Source of the DNA: an uncultured Acidobacteriota bacterium
GTDB lineage: Bacteria; Acidobacteriota; Thermoanaerobaculia; UBA5066; DATFVB01
Direction of reading: 5' to 3'
Assembly (NCBI GenBank): GCA_963813155.1
Contig: CAWEYG010000003.1
Location: 128,001-192,000 of the forward strand
DNA: 64,000 nucleotides
Shown: positions 20,034 to 30,637 of the stretch, one piece after another
Position numbering within the stretch: position 1 is the first letter of the stretch
Layout of the letters: each line of letters begins with the position of its first letter
The notes under the pieces: model-generated
The model's database searches: none
What the model was told of the DNA's origin: nothing
The model's input: only the letters and a program-made list of their open reading frames with translations
Translations under genes and position numbers: made by a program

Positions 20034-21016
20034 TGCACGCGGTGGAACGACACGACGAGTCGATCCGGCGCCCGGACTATCCGTCCCGGGTTTCGGTGTA
20101 CGAGGTCGGCCCGCGCGACGGCCTGCAGAACGAGAAAGAGACGGTCCCGACCGCGGCAAAGATCCAGTTCATCGAGAAGCTCGCCGACTCGGGGCTTTCG
20201 GCGATCGAGTTGACCTCGTTCGTCAAGCCGTCGGCGATCCCGCAGCTCGCCGACGCGGCGGAGGTCGTGAAGGGAGTTCGCCGTCGAAGCGGCGTCCGGC
20301 TTCCGGTGCTCGTGCCCAACCTCAAGGGATTCGAGGCGGCCCGCGCGGTAGGCGTGCGCGAGGTCGCCGTCTTCACGGCCGCGTCCGAAACTTTCAACCG
20401 CAAGAACATCAACTGCGGGATCGAGGAGTCGATCGAGCGCTTTCGCCCGATCGCCGCCGCCGCCGCGCAGGACAAGATTCGCATCCGCGGCTATATCTCG
20501 ACCGCGTTCGGCTGTCCGTACGAGGGGAAGATCGAGCCCGAATCGGTGCGGGAAGTCGTGCACATGCTGCTCGACCTCGGCATCGAGGAGATCTCGATTG
20601 GCGACACGATCGGCGTCGCGACGCCGAACCAGGTCTACGACGTGATCGAGACCCTCTACGCGTCGGGCGTGTCGCGCGACGTCGTTGCGCTCCATTTCCA
20701 CGACACCCGGGGGACCGCGCTCGCGAACGTCTGCGCCGGGCTGGACTGCGGCGTGACGATGTTCGATTCGTCGGCCGGAGGGCTCGGAGGCTGCCCCTAC
20801 GCTCCGGGGGCGTCGGGGAATCTCGCGACGGAAGACCTGCTCTATCTTCTTGAGGGATTGGGGATTCGAACGGACGTTTCGCTTCCGGCCGTGGTCGAGG
20901 CGAGCCTCTTCCTGGCGCGCCAGATCGGGCGAAAGCTGCCCTCGCGATACCTCGCGGCGGCGGGACTCGGAATCGGGGGGGAAGTTTCGGTTGACACCGG
21001 CGGGGGGGCGCGGTAA
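20033..21016 (+). CDS. hmgL: Hydroxymethylglutaryl-CoA lyase
   Basis: EVGPRDGLQNE, HFHDTRG, GLGGCPYAPGASGNLATED. Confidence 0.96.
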   Translation: MHAVERHDESIRRPDYPSRVSVYEVGPRDGLQNEKETVPTAAKIQFIEKLADSGLSAIELTSFVKPSAIPQLADAAEVVKGVRRRSGVRLPVLVPNLKGFEAARAVGVREVAVFTAASETFNRKNINCGIEESIERFRPIAAAAAQDKIRIRGYISTAFGCPYEGKIEPESVREVVHMLLDLGIEEISIGDTIGVATPNQVYDVIETLYASGVSRDVVALHFHDTRGTALANVCAGLDCGVTMFDSSAGGLGGCPYAPGASGNLATEDLLYLLEGLGIRTDVSLPAVVEASLFLARQIGRKLPSRYLAAAGLGIGGEVSVDTGGGAR

Positions 21017-21076
21017 ATTTTTTAATGACAATGGTTTCCGAGGCGAGAGAAAGCGCATGAAGGCGCGAAGGTAAAG

Positions 21077-22303
21077 ATGCCCAAATCGATTCTTCTGGCC
21101 GACGACTCGCTGACGATCCAAAAAGTCATCGAGTTGACCTTTTCGGACACGGATTACGAGCTCACCACGGTCGGCAACGGCCTGGAGGCGATCGCCGCGA
21201 TCAACCGGAGCCGCCCCGACCTCGTGATGGCGGACGTGGTCATGCCGGGAAAGAACGGCTACGAGGTCTGCGAGACGATCAAGACGAATCCTTCGCTCGC
21301 CGACATTCCGGTCATCCTCCTGTCGGGAACCTTCGAGCCGTTCGACAGCGATCGCGCCGAGCGCGCGCGGGCGAACGCGATCGTGACGAAACCGTTCGAC
21401 TCGAAGAACCTCCTGGCGCAAGTGGAATCGCTGCTCGGTTCGCGCGGTTCGCCGACGACGGTCGCGGTTCCCGTTTCCGCGGGCTCGCAGCAATCCACCG
21501 CGGAGATCCCCGCGGCGCCCGCGCCGCCGCCGTCCTCGGCCGAGACGGTCCAGATCCCCTCGACCCTGACGCCCGCGGACGGCGCCTCGTTCCGCGCCTC
21601 CTGGATCGCCGCGAAGCCCGTCGCCGAGATCGCCGAGATGACGTTCGACGGTTCCGCGGACTTTCCCGCGCCGTCCCTTCCGGACGAAAAGAAGGCGGCT
21701 CCGCCGGACGAGTCCCCGAAGCGGAAGATCGAGCCGGTGGAATTCGACATGGACGACTCTTCGCCGTTCGGCAAATCGGTCCCGAGCACGCCGTTCGCGC
21801 AGGAGCGCCCGCTCCAGGAAGTCTTCTCTCCGTTTCCGGAGCGGGACAACGTGTTCGAATTTCCGGTCTCCGAGCCCGCCGCGGGCGAGGCGGCCGCCGC
21901 TCCCGCGGGGAAGGGGCCGGGCCCCGACGACGTCACGCAGGAGATCCCTCCGCTCGCCGGTCTCTCCGAGGATGATTTTCCTCCTGAACCGATCTTTCTC
22001 CAGCCGTCGGCCGCCGAGCCGGAGCCCGCCGGGGAATCGACCGCGGCGCGGACGAACCGCGAGGAGATCGAGAATCTCGCCCAGAACGCCTCGATCTCGG
22101 ATCTTGCGAGTCTCGTGAGCCGCGTTTCGCCGCCGGCTGCGATGTCCGACGAGGACGTCGAACGGGTCGCGCGAAAGGTCGTCGAAATCCTCTCCGACAA
22201 GGCGGTGAGGGAAATCGCGTGGGAAGTCGTGCCGGACATGGCGGAAATGGTCGTGCGCAAGCGCTTGCGCGAGCTGGAAGCCGAATCCGGCGAACCCGAC
22301 TGA
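21077..22303 (+). CDS. RomR-like response regulator (REC domain, Pro/acidic linker, conserved C-terminal helix)
   Basis: ILLADDS..DVVMP receiver domain; C-terminal REIAWEVVPDMAEMVVRKRLRELE. Confidence 0.85.
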   Translation: MPKSILLADDSLTIQKVIELTFSDTDYELTTVGNGLEAIAAINRSRPDLVMADVVMPGKNGYEVCETIKTNPSLADIPVILLSGTFEPFDSDRAERARANAIVTKPFDSKNLLAQVESLLGSRGSPTTVAVPVSAGSQQSTAEIPAAPAPPPSSAETVQIPSTLTPADGASFRASWIAAKPVAEIAEMTFDGSADFPAPSLPDEKKAAPPDESPKRKIEPVEFDMDDSSPFGKSVPSTPFAQERPLQEVFSPFPERDNVFEFPVSEPAAGEAAAAPAGKGPGPDDVTQEIPPLAGLSEDDFPPEPIFLQPSAAEPEPAGESTAARTNREEIENLAQNASISDLASLVSRVSPPAAMSDEDVERVARKVVEILSDKAVREIAWEVVPDMAEMVVRKRLRELEAESGEPD

Positions 22304-22306
22304 CAA

Positions 22307-24928
22307 GTGCCCCCCTCCGCCGATCCCCTCTCGAAGACGTTCGAGCCGTCCTCCTTCGAAGAGAAACAATCCCGCCGGTGGGAGGAGGCCCGAGCCTTCG
22401 AGCCGTCCGGGAAGCCGGGCGATCCGCGCTTTTCGATCGCGATCGCCCCTCCCAACGTCACGGGAAAAATCCATATCGGACACGCTCTCGAGAACTCGCT
22501 GGCAGACGTCGTCGTGCGCTGGAAGAGGATGCAGGGGTTCCGGACGGTGTGGGTGCCCGGGATGGACCACGCCGGCATCGCGACCCAGATGGTCGTCGAG
22601 CGCGCTCTCGCGAAAGACGGCGTCGACCGCCGGGCGATCGGGCGGGAGGCCTTCGTCGAGAAGGTCTGGGAATGGAAGCGCGATTCGAAGGCCTCGATCC
22701 AGAACCAGCTGAACCGCCTCGGGTGTTCCCTCGACTGGAGCCGCGAGCGGTTCACGCTCGACGAGGGGCTGTCCCGGGCCGTTCGAAAGGTGTTCGTCGA
22801 CCTCTATCGGGACGGATTGCTCTATCGCGGGCGTTACGTCGTCAACTGGTGCCCGCGCTGCGGCACGGCGGTTTCCGATCTCGAAGTCGTCCATGTCGAA
22901 ACGAGGGGAAAGCTCTACTTCATCAAATACGACGTCGAGGGTGACTCCGTCGGCGCGATCGTCGCGACGACGCGCCCCGAGACGATGCTCGGCGACACGG
23001 CCCTCGCGATCGCGCCCGAAGATCCGCGAACGCGCCGGCTCGTCGGAAGGACCGCGATTCTCCCGATTCTGGGCCGCCGTCTGCCGGTCGTGGAGGACGA
23101 CTTCGTCGACCGGGAATTCGGTTCCGGCATCGTGAAAATCACTCCCGCGCACGACCCGAACGATTTCGCGTGCGCGACCCGACACGGCCTTCCGTCGGTG
23201 ACGGTCATCGGCCCGGACGGAAAGATGACGGCGGAGGCGGGCCCGTACGCCGGCCTCGACCGCTTCGAAGCGAGAGCGAAGGTCGTCGAGCAGCTCACCA
23301 CGGAAAAGCGGATCGTGGACGTCCAGGAGCACGTGCATTCCGTCGGACACTGCCAGAGGTGCGATACCGTGATCGAGCCGTACCTCTCGAACCAGTGGTT
23401 CGTCCGGGTCCAGCCCCTCGCGGAGCCCGCGATCCGCGCGGTCGAGGACGGCTCGATCCGGTTCGTCCCGGAGAATTGGACGAAGACGTATTTCGAGTGG
23501 ATGCGCAACATCCACGACTGGTGCATCTCCCGGCAGCTGTGGTGGGGCCACCGGATCCCGGCCTACTATTGCGACAGGGGCCACGTGATCGTCTCGGAAA
23601 CGGCGCCCGCCGCGTGCGGCGAGTGCGGCTCGGCGACCCTGACGCAGGACCCCGACGTGCTCGACACCTGGTTCTCCTCGCAGCTCTGGCCGTTCTCGGT
23701 CTTCGGCTGGCCGGAAGACACGAGCGATTTTCGCGAGTTCTATCCCACCGACTTGATCATCTCGGGATTCGACATCCTTTTTTTCTGGGACGCGCGAATG
23801 ATCATGGCGGGACTCCGCTTCACCGGGAAGCCGCCCTTTTCGTTCCTGCACCTCCACGGGCTCGTGCGCGACGAAAAGGGCGAGAAGATGTCGAAGACCC
23901 GCGGCAACGTCATTGACCCCCTCGACGTCATCGCGGAGTTCGGGGCGGACGCCGTGCGCTTCACCCTGCTTTCTCTCGCCTCCCCGGGACGGGACCTGCC
24001 GCTGGCGAAGAGCCGGATGTCGGGGTCCCGGGCCTTCCTCACGAAGCTCTGGAACGCGACGCGGTTCGTTCTGTCGCAGACCGAGGGCTCCGCCGGCGGC
24101 GGGCTCCCGGATGGACCGCTCTCGATCCTCGATCGGGGTCTCCTGGCGCGGCTCCATCAAACCGTCGAGGCGGTGGGCCGACAGCTCGAGGAGTTCCGGT
24201 TCGACCTCGCGGCGTCGAGCCTCTACGAGTTCGTGTGGAGGGATTTCTGCGACCGCCACCTGGAAATGGTCAAACCCCTCCTTTCGGGGAAGACGGGCAC
24301 CGACGCCGATCGCGAGGCCTCCCGCGGCGTCCTCGTTTCGTGCCTGCGGACGGTCGTGGCGCTGCTGCACCCGTTCGTTCCCTTCCTGACGGAGGAGATC
24401 TGGGAGCGGATCGGGGACGGCTCCCTGCTCGCCGTTTCGAAGTTCCCGGCGCCCGATCCGCGATTCGCCGACGCCGGCTCCGCGGAGACGGTGCAGCTCC
24501 TGGCCGAGCTCCTGACCCGGGTTCGCACTTTCCGCTCCGAGCGGAGCGCGACCCCGACGGAGCCGGTGGAGCTTCGGATCGTGCCGGGGTCTCCGCGCGA
24601 GGACGATCTCCGCGCGCTCGCGCCCGTCCTCACGGTGCTCGGCCGGCTGTCGGCGCTCGAGTTCGCGACGACCCAGAAGGACGATTTTCGCGACGTCGTG
24701 GCCGGCGCCTCGGTCGGCCTGAAGTTCGCCCGGAAGGAGGGCCCCGCCGACGTCGCGGGCATTCGCCGCGAGCTCGAGAAGCTCGACTCGGAAATCGAGG
24801 CGCTCTCGGACAGGCTTCAGAACCCCGACTACCTGGCGAAAGCGCCGGAAGCCGTCGTGCAGAAATCACGGCAGAGGCTCTTCGAGATGGAAAAACGGCG
24901 CGCCGCGCTCGGGGGAGGCCAGGGGTGA
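22307..24928 (+). CDS. valS: Valine--tRNA ligase
   Basis: PPNVTG..HIGH, DHAGIATQ, DWCISRQLWWGH, KMSKT, coiled-coil tail. Confidence 0.98.
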   Translation: MPPSADPLSKTFEPSSFEEKQSRRWEEARAFEPSGKPGDPRFSIAIAPPNVTGKIHIGHALENSLADVVVRWKRMQGFRTVWVPGMDHAGIATQMVVERALAKDGVDRRAIGREAFVEKVWEWKRDSKASIQNQLNRLGCSLDWSRERFTLDEGLSRAVRKVFVDLYRDGLLYRGRYVVNWCPRCGTAVSDLEVVHVETRGKLYFIKYDVEGDSVGAIVATTRPETMLGDTALAIAPEDPRTRRLVGRTAILPILGRRLPVVEDDFVDREFGSGIVKITPAHDPNDFACATRHGLPSVTVIGPDGKMTAEAGPYAGLDRFEARAKVVEQLTTEKRIVDVQEHVHSVGHCQRCDTVIEPYLSNQWFVRVQPLAEPAIRAVEDGSIRFVPENWTKTYFEWMRNIHDWCISRQLWWGHRIPAYYCDRGHVIVSETAPAACGECGSATLTQDPDVLDTWFSSQLWPFSVFGWPEDTSDFREFYPTDLIISGFDILFFWDARMIMAGLRFTGKPPFSFLHLHGLVRDEKGEKMSKTRGNVIDPLDVIAEFGADAVRFTLLSLASPGRDLPLAKSRMSGSRAFLTKLWNATRFVLSQTEGSAGGGLPDGPLSILDRGLLARLHQTVEAVGRQLEEFRFDLAASSLYEFVWRDFCDRHLEMVKPLLSGKTGTDADREASRGVLVSCLRTVVALLHPFVPFLTEEIWERIGDGSLLAVSKFPAPDPRFADAGSAETVQLLAELLTRVRTFRSERSATPTEPVELRIVPGSPREDDLRALAPVLTVLGRLSALEFATTQKDDFRDVVAGASVGLKFARKEGPADVAGIRRELEKLDSEIEALSDRLQNPDYLAKAPEAVVQKSRQRLFEMEKRRAALGGGQG

Positions 24929-25707
24929 TCCGCTTCTTCGACGAGCCGATCGACGTTGCCGGTTTTCGGAATCTGCGGAATTTCGTCCTCACCCCGCTTC
25001 TCCCTTCGACGAATGCGGCCGGACGCGGCTGGATCGACTACGCCGACCGCGAAGAAGTCGGCGTCGAGCCTCTTTCGATCTGCGCTCTGGAACAGACGGA
25101 GGGCCGGGGCCGGCGGGAGAGAGTGTGGCGCTCGCCCCGCGGGGGCCTGTACATGACCTTCGTCTGGAAAGTTCCTCCCGGGACGTCGCTCGCCCATGTG
25201 CCGCTCGCTGCCGCGGTCTGGGCCGCGGAAGCATGCACGAAAGCGTTCGGCCTGGCCGTCGCCCTGAAATGGCCGAATGATTTGATCTGCGGGGGAAAGA
25301 AGCTCGGCGGGATCCTGACCGAAGCGAAGACCCGGGGAGAGGACACGCACGCCGCCGTGGGATTCGGAATCAACGTGTTCGAGAACGCCGTGACCGAGGC
25401 CGAGGCTGGCGCGACGTCCGCGCAGCGCGAGTCGGCCGAACGCCCGTCGATCGCATCCGTTTTCCTGGAGCTCTGCGGGGAGTTCGACCGGTACCTCGAC
25501 AACCCGGCGAGCGCGACGGCGGTCGCGGAGTGGAGCCGCCGCACCGTTCATCGCGCCGGCGACCCGATCCGGGTTTCGCTCGATCCCGAAGGGTCCGAGC
25601 CTCCGGTGGAGGGAACCTTCGGGGGACTCACGGAAGAGGGCTTTCTCCGGCTGAAGACCGAAGCGGGCGAGCGCGTCGTCACGTCCGGAGAGGTGCGGTC
25701 GTGGTGA
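24925..25707 (+). CDS. birA: Biotin--protein ligase
   Basis: STN, QTEGRGRRERVW, KWPND, KLGGIL. Confidence 0.92.
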   Translation: MIRFFDEPIDVAGFRNLRNFVLTPLLPSTNAAGRGWIDYADREEVGVEPLSICALEQTEGRGRRERVWRSPRGGLYMTFVWKVPPGTSLAHVPLAAAVWAAEACTKAFGLAVALKWPNDLICGGKKLGGILTEAKTRGEDTHAAVGFGINVFENAVTEAEAGATSAQRESAERPSIASVFLELCGEFDRYLDNPASATAVAEWSRRTVHRAGDPIRVSLDPEGSEPPVEGTFGGLTEEGFLRLKTEAGERVVTSGEVRSW

Positions 25708-26471
25708 GCCTCCTCGTCGTCGACGTCGGAAATACGAACACCGTCCTCGGCCTCTACGAGGGGACGGAGCTCCGCGCCGACTGGCGGCTCGCGACCCGCC
25801 GCGACGCGACGGCCGACGAGATCGGCATTTTCGTGCGCGGCCTGCTCGAATCGGCGGGCGCGAAGGTTTCCCGCGCGATCGTCGCGACGGTCGTGCCCTC
25901 TCTCCATTTCCCGTGGAAGAGCGCTTTTCGGCGCTACTTCCGCGTCGAGACGCTCTTCGTCGAGCCGGGGATCAAGACGGGAATGCCGATCCTCTACGAC
26001 AACCCGCAGGAGGTGGGAGCCGACCGGATCGTCAATGCGGTCGCGGCGTTCGAGAAGTACGGCGGCCCCTGCGTCGTCGTCGATTTCGGGACCGCGACGA
26101 CGTTCGACGTCGTGAACGCGGCGGGAGAGTACGCGGGCGGCGTGATCGTGCCGGGCGTGATGATTTCCGCCGAGGCCCTCTTCTCCCGCGCGGCGCGGCT
26201 CTCGCGAGTCGAGATCCGCAGGCCCGATCGCGTCGTCGGGACGACGACGGCGGGATCGATCCAGTCGGGGCTCTTCTTCGGCTACCTCTCGCTCGTCGAC
26301 GGGCTGATCGACCGCATCGCGGCGGAGCTGGGGACGGCGCCGGCCGTCGTCGCCACCGGAGGGCTCGCGGACCTGCTCGGCCGGGCCTCCGAAAAAATCC
26401 AGCACGTCGACCCCCATCTGACACTGGAAGGCCTTCGGCTTCTCGATGAACGAAACCGATCCCGCCGCTGA
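25704..26471 (+). CDS. coaX: Type III pantothenate kinase
   Basis: DVGNTN, GADRIVN, VVDFGTATT, VATGG. Confidence 0.96.
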   Translation: MSLLVVDVGNTNTVLGLYEGTELRADWRLATRRDATADEIGIFVRGLLESAGAKVSRAIVATVVPSLHFPWKSAFRRYFRVETLFVEPGIKTGMPILYDNPQEVGADRIVNAVAAFEKYGGPCVVVDFGTATTFDVVNAAGEYAGGVIVPGVMISAEALFSRAARLSRVEIRRPDRVVGTTTAGSIQSGLFFGYLSLVDGLIDRIAAELGTAPAVVATGGLADLLGRASEKIQHVDPHLTLEGLRLLDERNRSRR

Positions 26472-27123
26472 CGCGGCCGCCCGCGACTATTTCACGGCGA
26501 TCGAAACCGAGTTCATCCGGCGCCGCGGCAGTCCTTTTCTCCTCTCTCCGAAGGACTTCGAGCTGATCCGGCGCTGGCGCGAGCTCGGCATCCCGGCGGA
26601 CGACGTTTGCCGGGGTATCGCCGACGCGTTCGACCGCCGGGCCGAGAGGGGAGCCCTTTCCCGCATCAACAGCGTCTCGTATTGCGAGGGCGCGGTCCTC
26701 GAGGCCTGGGAGACAAACGCCTCCGCGCGGGTCGGCAAGGTCCGCGCCGGATCGGAGGAAGGCGACACCGAGTCGGTTCTCGATCGGCTCTCCGACGCTC
26801 TGACGCGATCCGCCGCCGGGAATCCCGCCGCGTCGGATGCCATCGGGAACGCCGTGAAGGCCGTTCGAAAGCTCCAGGGCGCGGGCCGGTCGGCGGAGCA
26901 GATCGAAGCTTCTCTGGCCAGGCTCGAAAAGAAGCTTCTGAAAGAGGCCGCCGGTTCGTTGCCGGACGGGGTCATGGCCGAGATCGAGGCCGAGGCGGAC
27001 CGCCGGCTCTCGGGCGACCGGGAAGCGATGGAAGCGCGCGCGTTCCAGCGCACCCGCGACGTTCTCGTCCGGCGAAGGCTGCGGCAGGTGCTGGGAATCC
27101 CGCGGCTGTCGCTTCTGGGATGA
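26446..27123 (+). CDS. Hypothetical protein
   Basis: Coupled in the operon; YFTAIETEFIRRRG..LLSP.D helical protein. Confidence 0.8.
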   Translation: MNETDPAADAAARDYFTAIETEFIRRRGSPFLLSPKDFELIRRWRELGIPADDVCRGIADAFDRRAERGALSRINSVSYCEGAVLEAWETNASARVGKVRAGSEEGDTESVLDRLSDALTRSAAGNPAASDAIGNAVKAVRKLQGAGRSAEQIEASLARLEKKLLKEAAGSLPDGVMAEIEAEADRRLSGDREAMEARAFQRTRDVLVRRRLRQVLGIPRLSLLG

Positions 27124-28310
27124 GCCGAGTCGTTCGGCTCGAGATCGAGCGCCTCGCCCCGACGGGAGAGGGCGTTGCCCGTCTTTCGGGAAAAGTGGTC
27201 TTCGTCGAAGGCGCTCTTCCCGGCGAGCGGATCGACGCCGAGATCTTTGCCGAGCGATCGCGTTTTGCGCGGGCCCGCACCCTGTCCGTCGAGCTTGCTT
27301 CGCCCGACCGGCGCGCGGCCGACGCGCACTCGGAGCGGTGCGGGGGAACCGACTGGGCGCACTTCGACCCGGCCGCCGCGCGGGCCGCGAAGCGCGAGTT
27401 GTTTCTCGAGACGATGTCGCGGATCGGGGGAGTCTCCGCCGCGGCCTTCGGCGCGCTGCCGATCTCGGAGTCGCCGCTGGAGTACCGGCTTCGAAACCAG
27501 TTTCACGTTCAGGGCCGACGGGCGGGATTCTTCGAGCGCCATTCCCACGCGATCGTGCCGATCGACGGGTGCGAGATCGTTTCCGCGCCGGCGCGGGAGC
27601 TCCTCGCGGAGCTCGCGCGGAGCAACGGCGCCGCGGACGATGTCGTCGAGACGATCGACAGCGTCGAAACCGTCGAAACCGGAGCGGGACACGAGATCGC
27701 GCTCTGGAATCGGACGCGGGAGGAGCCCGTGGGCACGAACCGGGCCGTCGAGATTCGTTCGGCGTCGGCGTCGGCGTCGTTCTCGGTCTCCCCTCGCTCC
27801 TTCTTCCAGGTCAACCGGTTTCGGTTTCCGCACCTGTTCGAGGAGGTCCGGGACCGGGCCCGCGCGCTCGGCGGGGCGACGGCCCTGGACGCGTATTCGG
27901 GCGTCGGCTTTTTCACGCGCGCCCTGGCCGACGCCGGTTTTCGCGTGACCGCCGTCGAGGGCTCCGCCGAGTCCGTCGCCTTCGCCCGCGAGAACCTCCT
28001 CCGGCACACCGACCCGGCAGCGGCCGAGATCGTCGCGTCGAGCGTGGAGTCGTTTCTCGAACGGTCGCCGGCTTCGTTCGATCTCGTTCTCGCCGATCCG
28101 CCCCGGGCGGGCCTGTCGGATCACGCCGCCGAGATCGCCCGGCGCGCGCGATCTGCGATCTTCTACGTTTCCTGCGATCCCGCCTCGCTCGCGCGCGACC
28201 TGCGAATCATTCTGGCGCTCGGCTTCGAAGTGGAATCGGCGCATCTCGAGGATTTCTTTCCCCTGACTCATCGGGTGGAGGCGTTCGTCTCCCTTCGGAG
28301 GCGGCCGTGA
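27120..28310 (+). CDS. TRAM-domain RNA m5U methyltransferase (RlmD/TrmA family)
   Basis: VFVEGALPGE, FFQVN, DAYSGVG, DPPRAG, YVSCDPASLARD. Confidence 0.92.
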   Translation: MSRVVRLEIERLAPTGEGVARLSGKVVFVEGALPGERIDAEIFAERSRFARARTLSVELASPDRRAADAHSERCGGTDWAHFDPAAARAAKRELFLETMSRIGGVSAAAFGALPISESPLEYRLRNQFHVQGRRAGFFERHSHAIVPIDGCEIVSAPARELLAELARSNGAADDVVETIDSVETVETGAGHEIALWNRTREEPVGTNRAVEIRSASASASFSVSPRSFFQVNRFRFPHLFEEVRDRARALGGATALDAYSGVGFFTRALADAGFRVTAVEGSAESVAFARENLLRHTDPAAAEIVASSVESFLERSPASFDLVLADPPRAGLSDHAAEIARRARSAIFYVSCDPASLARDLRIILALGFEVESAHLEDFFPLTHRVEAFVSLRRRP

Positions 28311-30637
28311 TCCGTCCCGTCGCTCGCGCCGGCGCCGCTCCGGCGTTCGTCGCCGCGATCGCCTGCGCGTTCGGAATCTGGGCGGGCGCGTGGAGCACTT
28401 TTGGTGGCGCGCTCGCCGCGCTCCTTGCCGTCTTCTGCGCGGGAATGGTTCTGGCGGCGCCGAGCGAGCGGAGTCGAATCTTCCTTCCGCTGGCCTTCGC
28501 CGCGGCCGGCTTCTCGGCCGGCCGTCTGCGGATCGCGGCTCCGGCCGAGGCGGCCTCCCGGGCTCTGCAGGGGATCGACCGGTCCCGGCCCGCGGAATGG
28601 AGCGGCCGGATCGAAGGGTTCTGGACCGAGGCGGAACACGGGCGATTCACGACGGTTCGCCTCGACCGGTGCCGGCAGGGGACTGTCGAGTTTCCGTTTC
28701 GCGCCCCGGCGAGGATCTGGGTGTCGGGCGAAGCGCCGCCGCCGGCGCTACGCGGAGACCGGTTCCGCGCGACGGCCGTGATCGCGCTTCCCGATCTGCC
28801 GGCATCGCGCCGGGATCTCGCCCAGCCGTTCACGGAATACTCGCTCTCGGTCAAGAGCGCGATGCTGATGGAGCGGAAGGGGCGCACGGCGCTCTCCTGG
28901 ATCTCTCTTCCCGACGAACGGCTCGCGCGCCTCCTTTTCCGATCCGGCCTGCCGGCGGAAACCGTCCAGCAGCCGGTCGCCGCCCTCCTTCTCGGGCGGC
29001 CGGCCGCGCTCGACCGGGGGCTCGCGGGAGACTTCCGGCGCGGCGGCTTGCTGCACGTTCTCGCGATCTCGGGGCTTCACGTCGCTCTCGTGGCCGGTTT
29101 CGTCTTTTTCCTCCTCGGAGCGACGCGCCTGCCGCGGCGATTCCGCGACATCGCGGCCGGCGTGGCGGTCCTCGGATTCGCGCTCGCGGTCGGCGGACGG
29201 ATGCCCGTGCTCCGCGCCGCGCTGACGATCGCGGTGTTCCTGGCTTCGAGACTGCTCGAAAAGCCGGTCTCGCCGCTGCAGGCGATCGGTCTCTCCGCGA
29301 TCGCCGTTCTCGCGATCGACCCTTCGGAATTGTGGCGGGCGGGGTTCTTCATCACCTACGGCGCCGCGATCGGAATCGCGCGGCTCGGCCCTCTCCTCGC
29401 TCGCGCGCTGCGGGCGCTTCCGGCGGGTATCCGGCTGCCCCTCGCGATCGGGCTGGCCGCTCAGGCCGCGGTCGCGCCGATCCTCCTGTGGCGATTCAAC
29501 CTCGTCACGGCGCTCTCCTGGCTCGCCGCTCCAATCGCCATTCCGCTTGCGGCCGCCTTCCTCGTGTTCGGAAGCCTGTTGCTGGCGCTGCTCGCTCTGC
29601 ACCTCTCCCCGTCGGCGCCGGCCGCGGCACTGGTCGCGTGCGAGTGGCTGCTGCGCAGGCTCGCGTCCGCGACGTCGAAGGGGACCTTTCTCGCGGCGAC
29701 TCCCTCGCTCGCGGCGATCGCGGCGCTCGTCGGTCTTCTTTTTCTCGCGACCCGGCGCAGCCCCGCCGCGCGAACGGCCGGAATCGCCGGCTACCTGGCG
29801 CTCTTCGCGTTTCTCGCCTGGAGGACGCCCGCCGAACCGGGTCGCTGCGATTTCTCGGTCGAGGGCCTCGACGTCGGGCAGGGGGACGCGTTCCTCCTTC
29901 GGTCCGGCCGCTCGGCCTTTCTGATCGACGGCGGCGGCCGGTTCGAAGCGACCGACGAGGATTTCGGGAGGGCGAGGCTCCTTCCGAAGCTCCTCGATCG
30001 CGGAGTCGTGCGGCTCGACGGCGCGCTGCTCTCGCACCCGCACCCGGATCACGCCCTGGGGCTGTTCTCGGTCGTCCGCGAAATTCCCGTCGGCACTCTG
30101 TACGTCGGCGAAGGCCCGGACGAAGGAGATCTCGAGCGCCGTCTCGAGGCGGCGGCGTTGGAGCGCGCGGTTCCCGTTCGGACGCTTCGCACCGGTGACG
30201 TCGTCCCGTGGGGCGGGGGCCGGCTCCGCGTGCTTCGCTCCGGGGGCCGGCCTTTCAAGCTCGACCCGGTGAACAACGAGTCGGTCGTGGCGGTCTTCGA
30301 GAAGGGGACCCGCCGGGTGCTCTTCACGGGTGACGCGGGCGCGCCCGTGGAGGAAGAGTTGCTTCGCGGGCCCGGGCTGCTTCCGCGCGTCGATCTCCTC
30401 AAGGTCGGTCACCACGGGAGCCGGACCTCGTCGACGCCCGCGTTTCTCGAGGCCCTGTCGCCGCGAGCGGCGATCCTCTCCTGCGGGAGAAACAATCGAT
30501 TCGGACACCCCGCGCCGGCGACGATCGCGAGCTTCTCGCGCCTGAAGATCCCGGTCTTTCGGACGGACCTCCGGTCGGACGTCGGATTCGCGGTCACCCG
30601 CGAACACCTTCTTCTCTTCGAAAGGGGCATCCCGTGA
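28307..30637 (+). CDS. comEC: DNA uptake protein ComEC/Rec2
   Basis: HVLAISGLH, DVGQGD, SHPHPDH, LFTGD, KVGHHGS. Confidence 0.94.
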   Translation: MIRPVARAGAAPAFVAAIACAFGIWAGAWSTFGGALAALLAVFCAGMVLAAPSERSRIFLPLAFAAAGFSAGRLRIAAPAEAASRALQGIDRSRPAEWSGRIEGFWTEAEHGRFTTVRLDRCRQGTVEFPFRAPARIWVSGEAPPPALRGDRFRATAVIALPDLPASRRDLAQPFTEYSLSVKSAMLMERKGRTALSWISLPDERLARLLFRSGLPAETVQQPVAALLLGRPAALDRGLAGDFRRGGLLHVLAISGLHVALVAGFVFFLLGATRLPRRFRDIAAGVAVLGFALAVGGRMPVLRAALTIAVFLASRLLEKPVSPLQAIGLSAIAVLAIDPSELWRAGFFITYGAAIGIARLGPLLARALRALPAGIRLPLAIGLAAQAAVAPILLWRFNLVTALSWLAAPIAIPLAAAFLVFGSLLLALLALHLSPSAPAAALVACEWLLRRLASATSKGTFLAATPSLAAIAALVGLLFLATRRSPAARTAGIAGYLALFAFLAWRTPAEPGRCDFSVEGLDVGQGDAFLLRSGRSAFLIDGGGRFEATDEDFGRARLLPKLLDRGVVRLDGALLSHPHPDHALGLFSVVREIPVGTLYVGEGPDEGDLERRLEAAALERAVPVRTLRTGDVVPWGGGRLRVLRSGGRPFKLDPVNNESVVAVFEKGTRRVLFTGDAGAPVEEELLRGPGLLPRVDLLKVGHHGSRTSSTPAFLEALSPRAAILSCGRNNRFGHPAPATIASFSRLKIPVFRTDLRSDVGFAVTREHLLLFERGIP

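Noticed and set aside
19055-24370. 1771-aa minus-strand ORF and similar long antisense ORFs (8131-10338, 28748-31147, 59654-61540)
   Set aside because: Shadow ORFs opposite well-supported genes in high-GC DNA; no motifs
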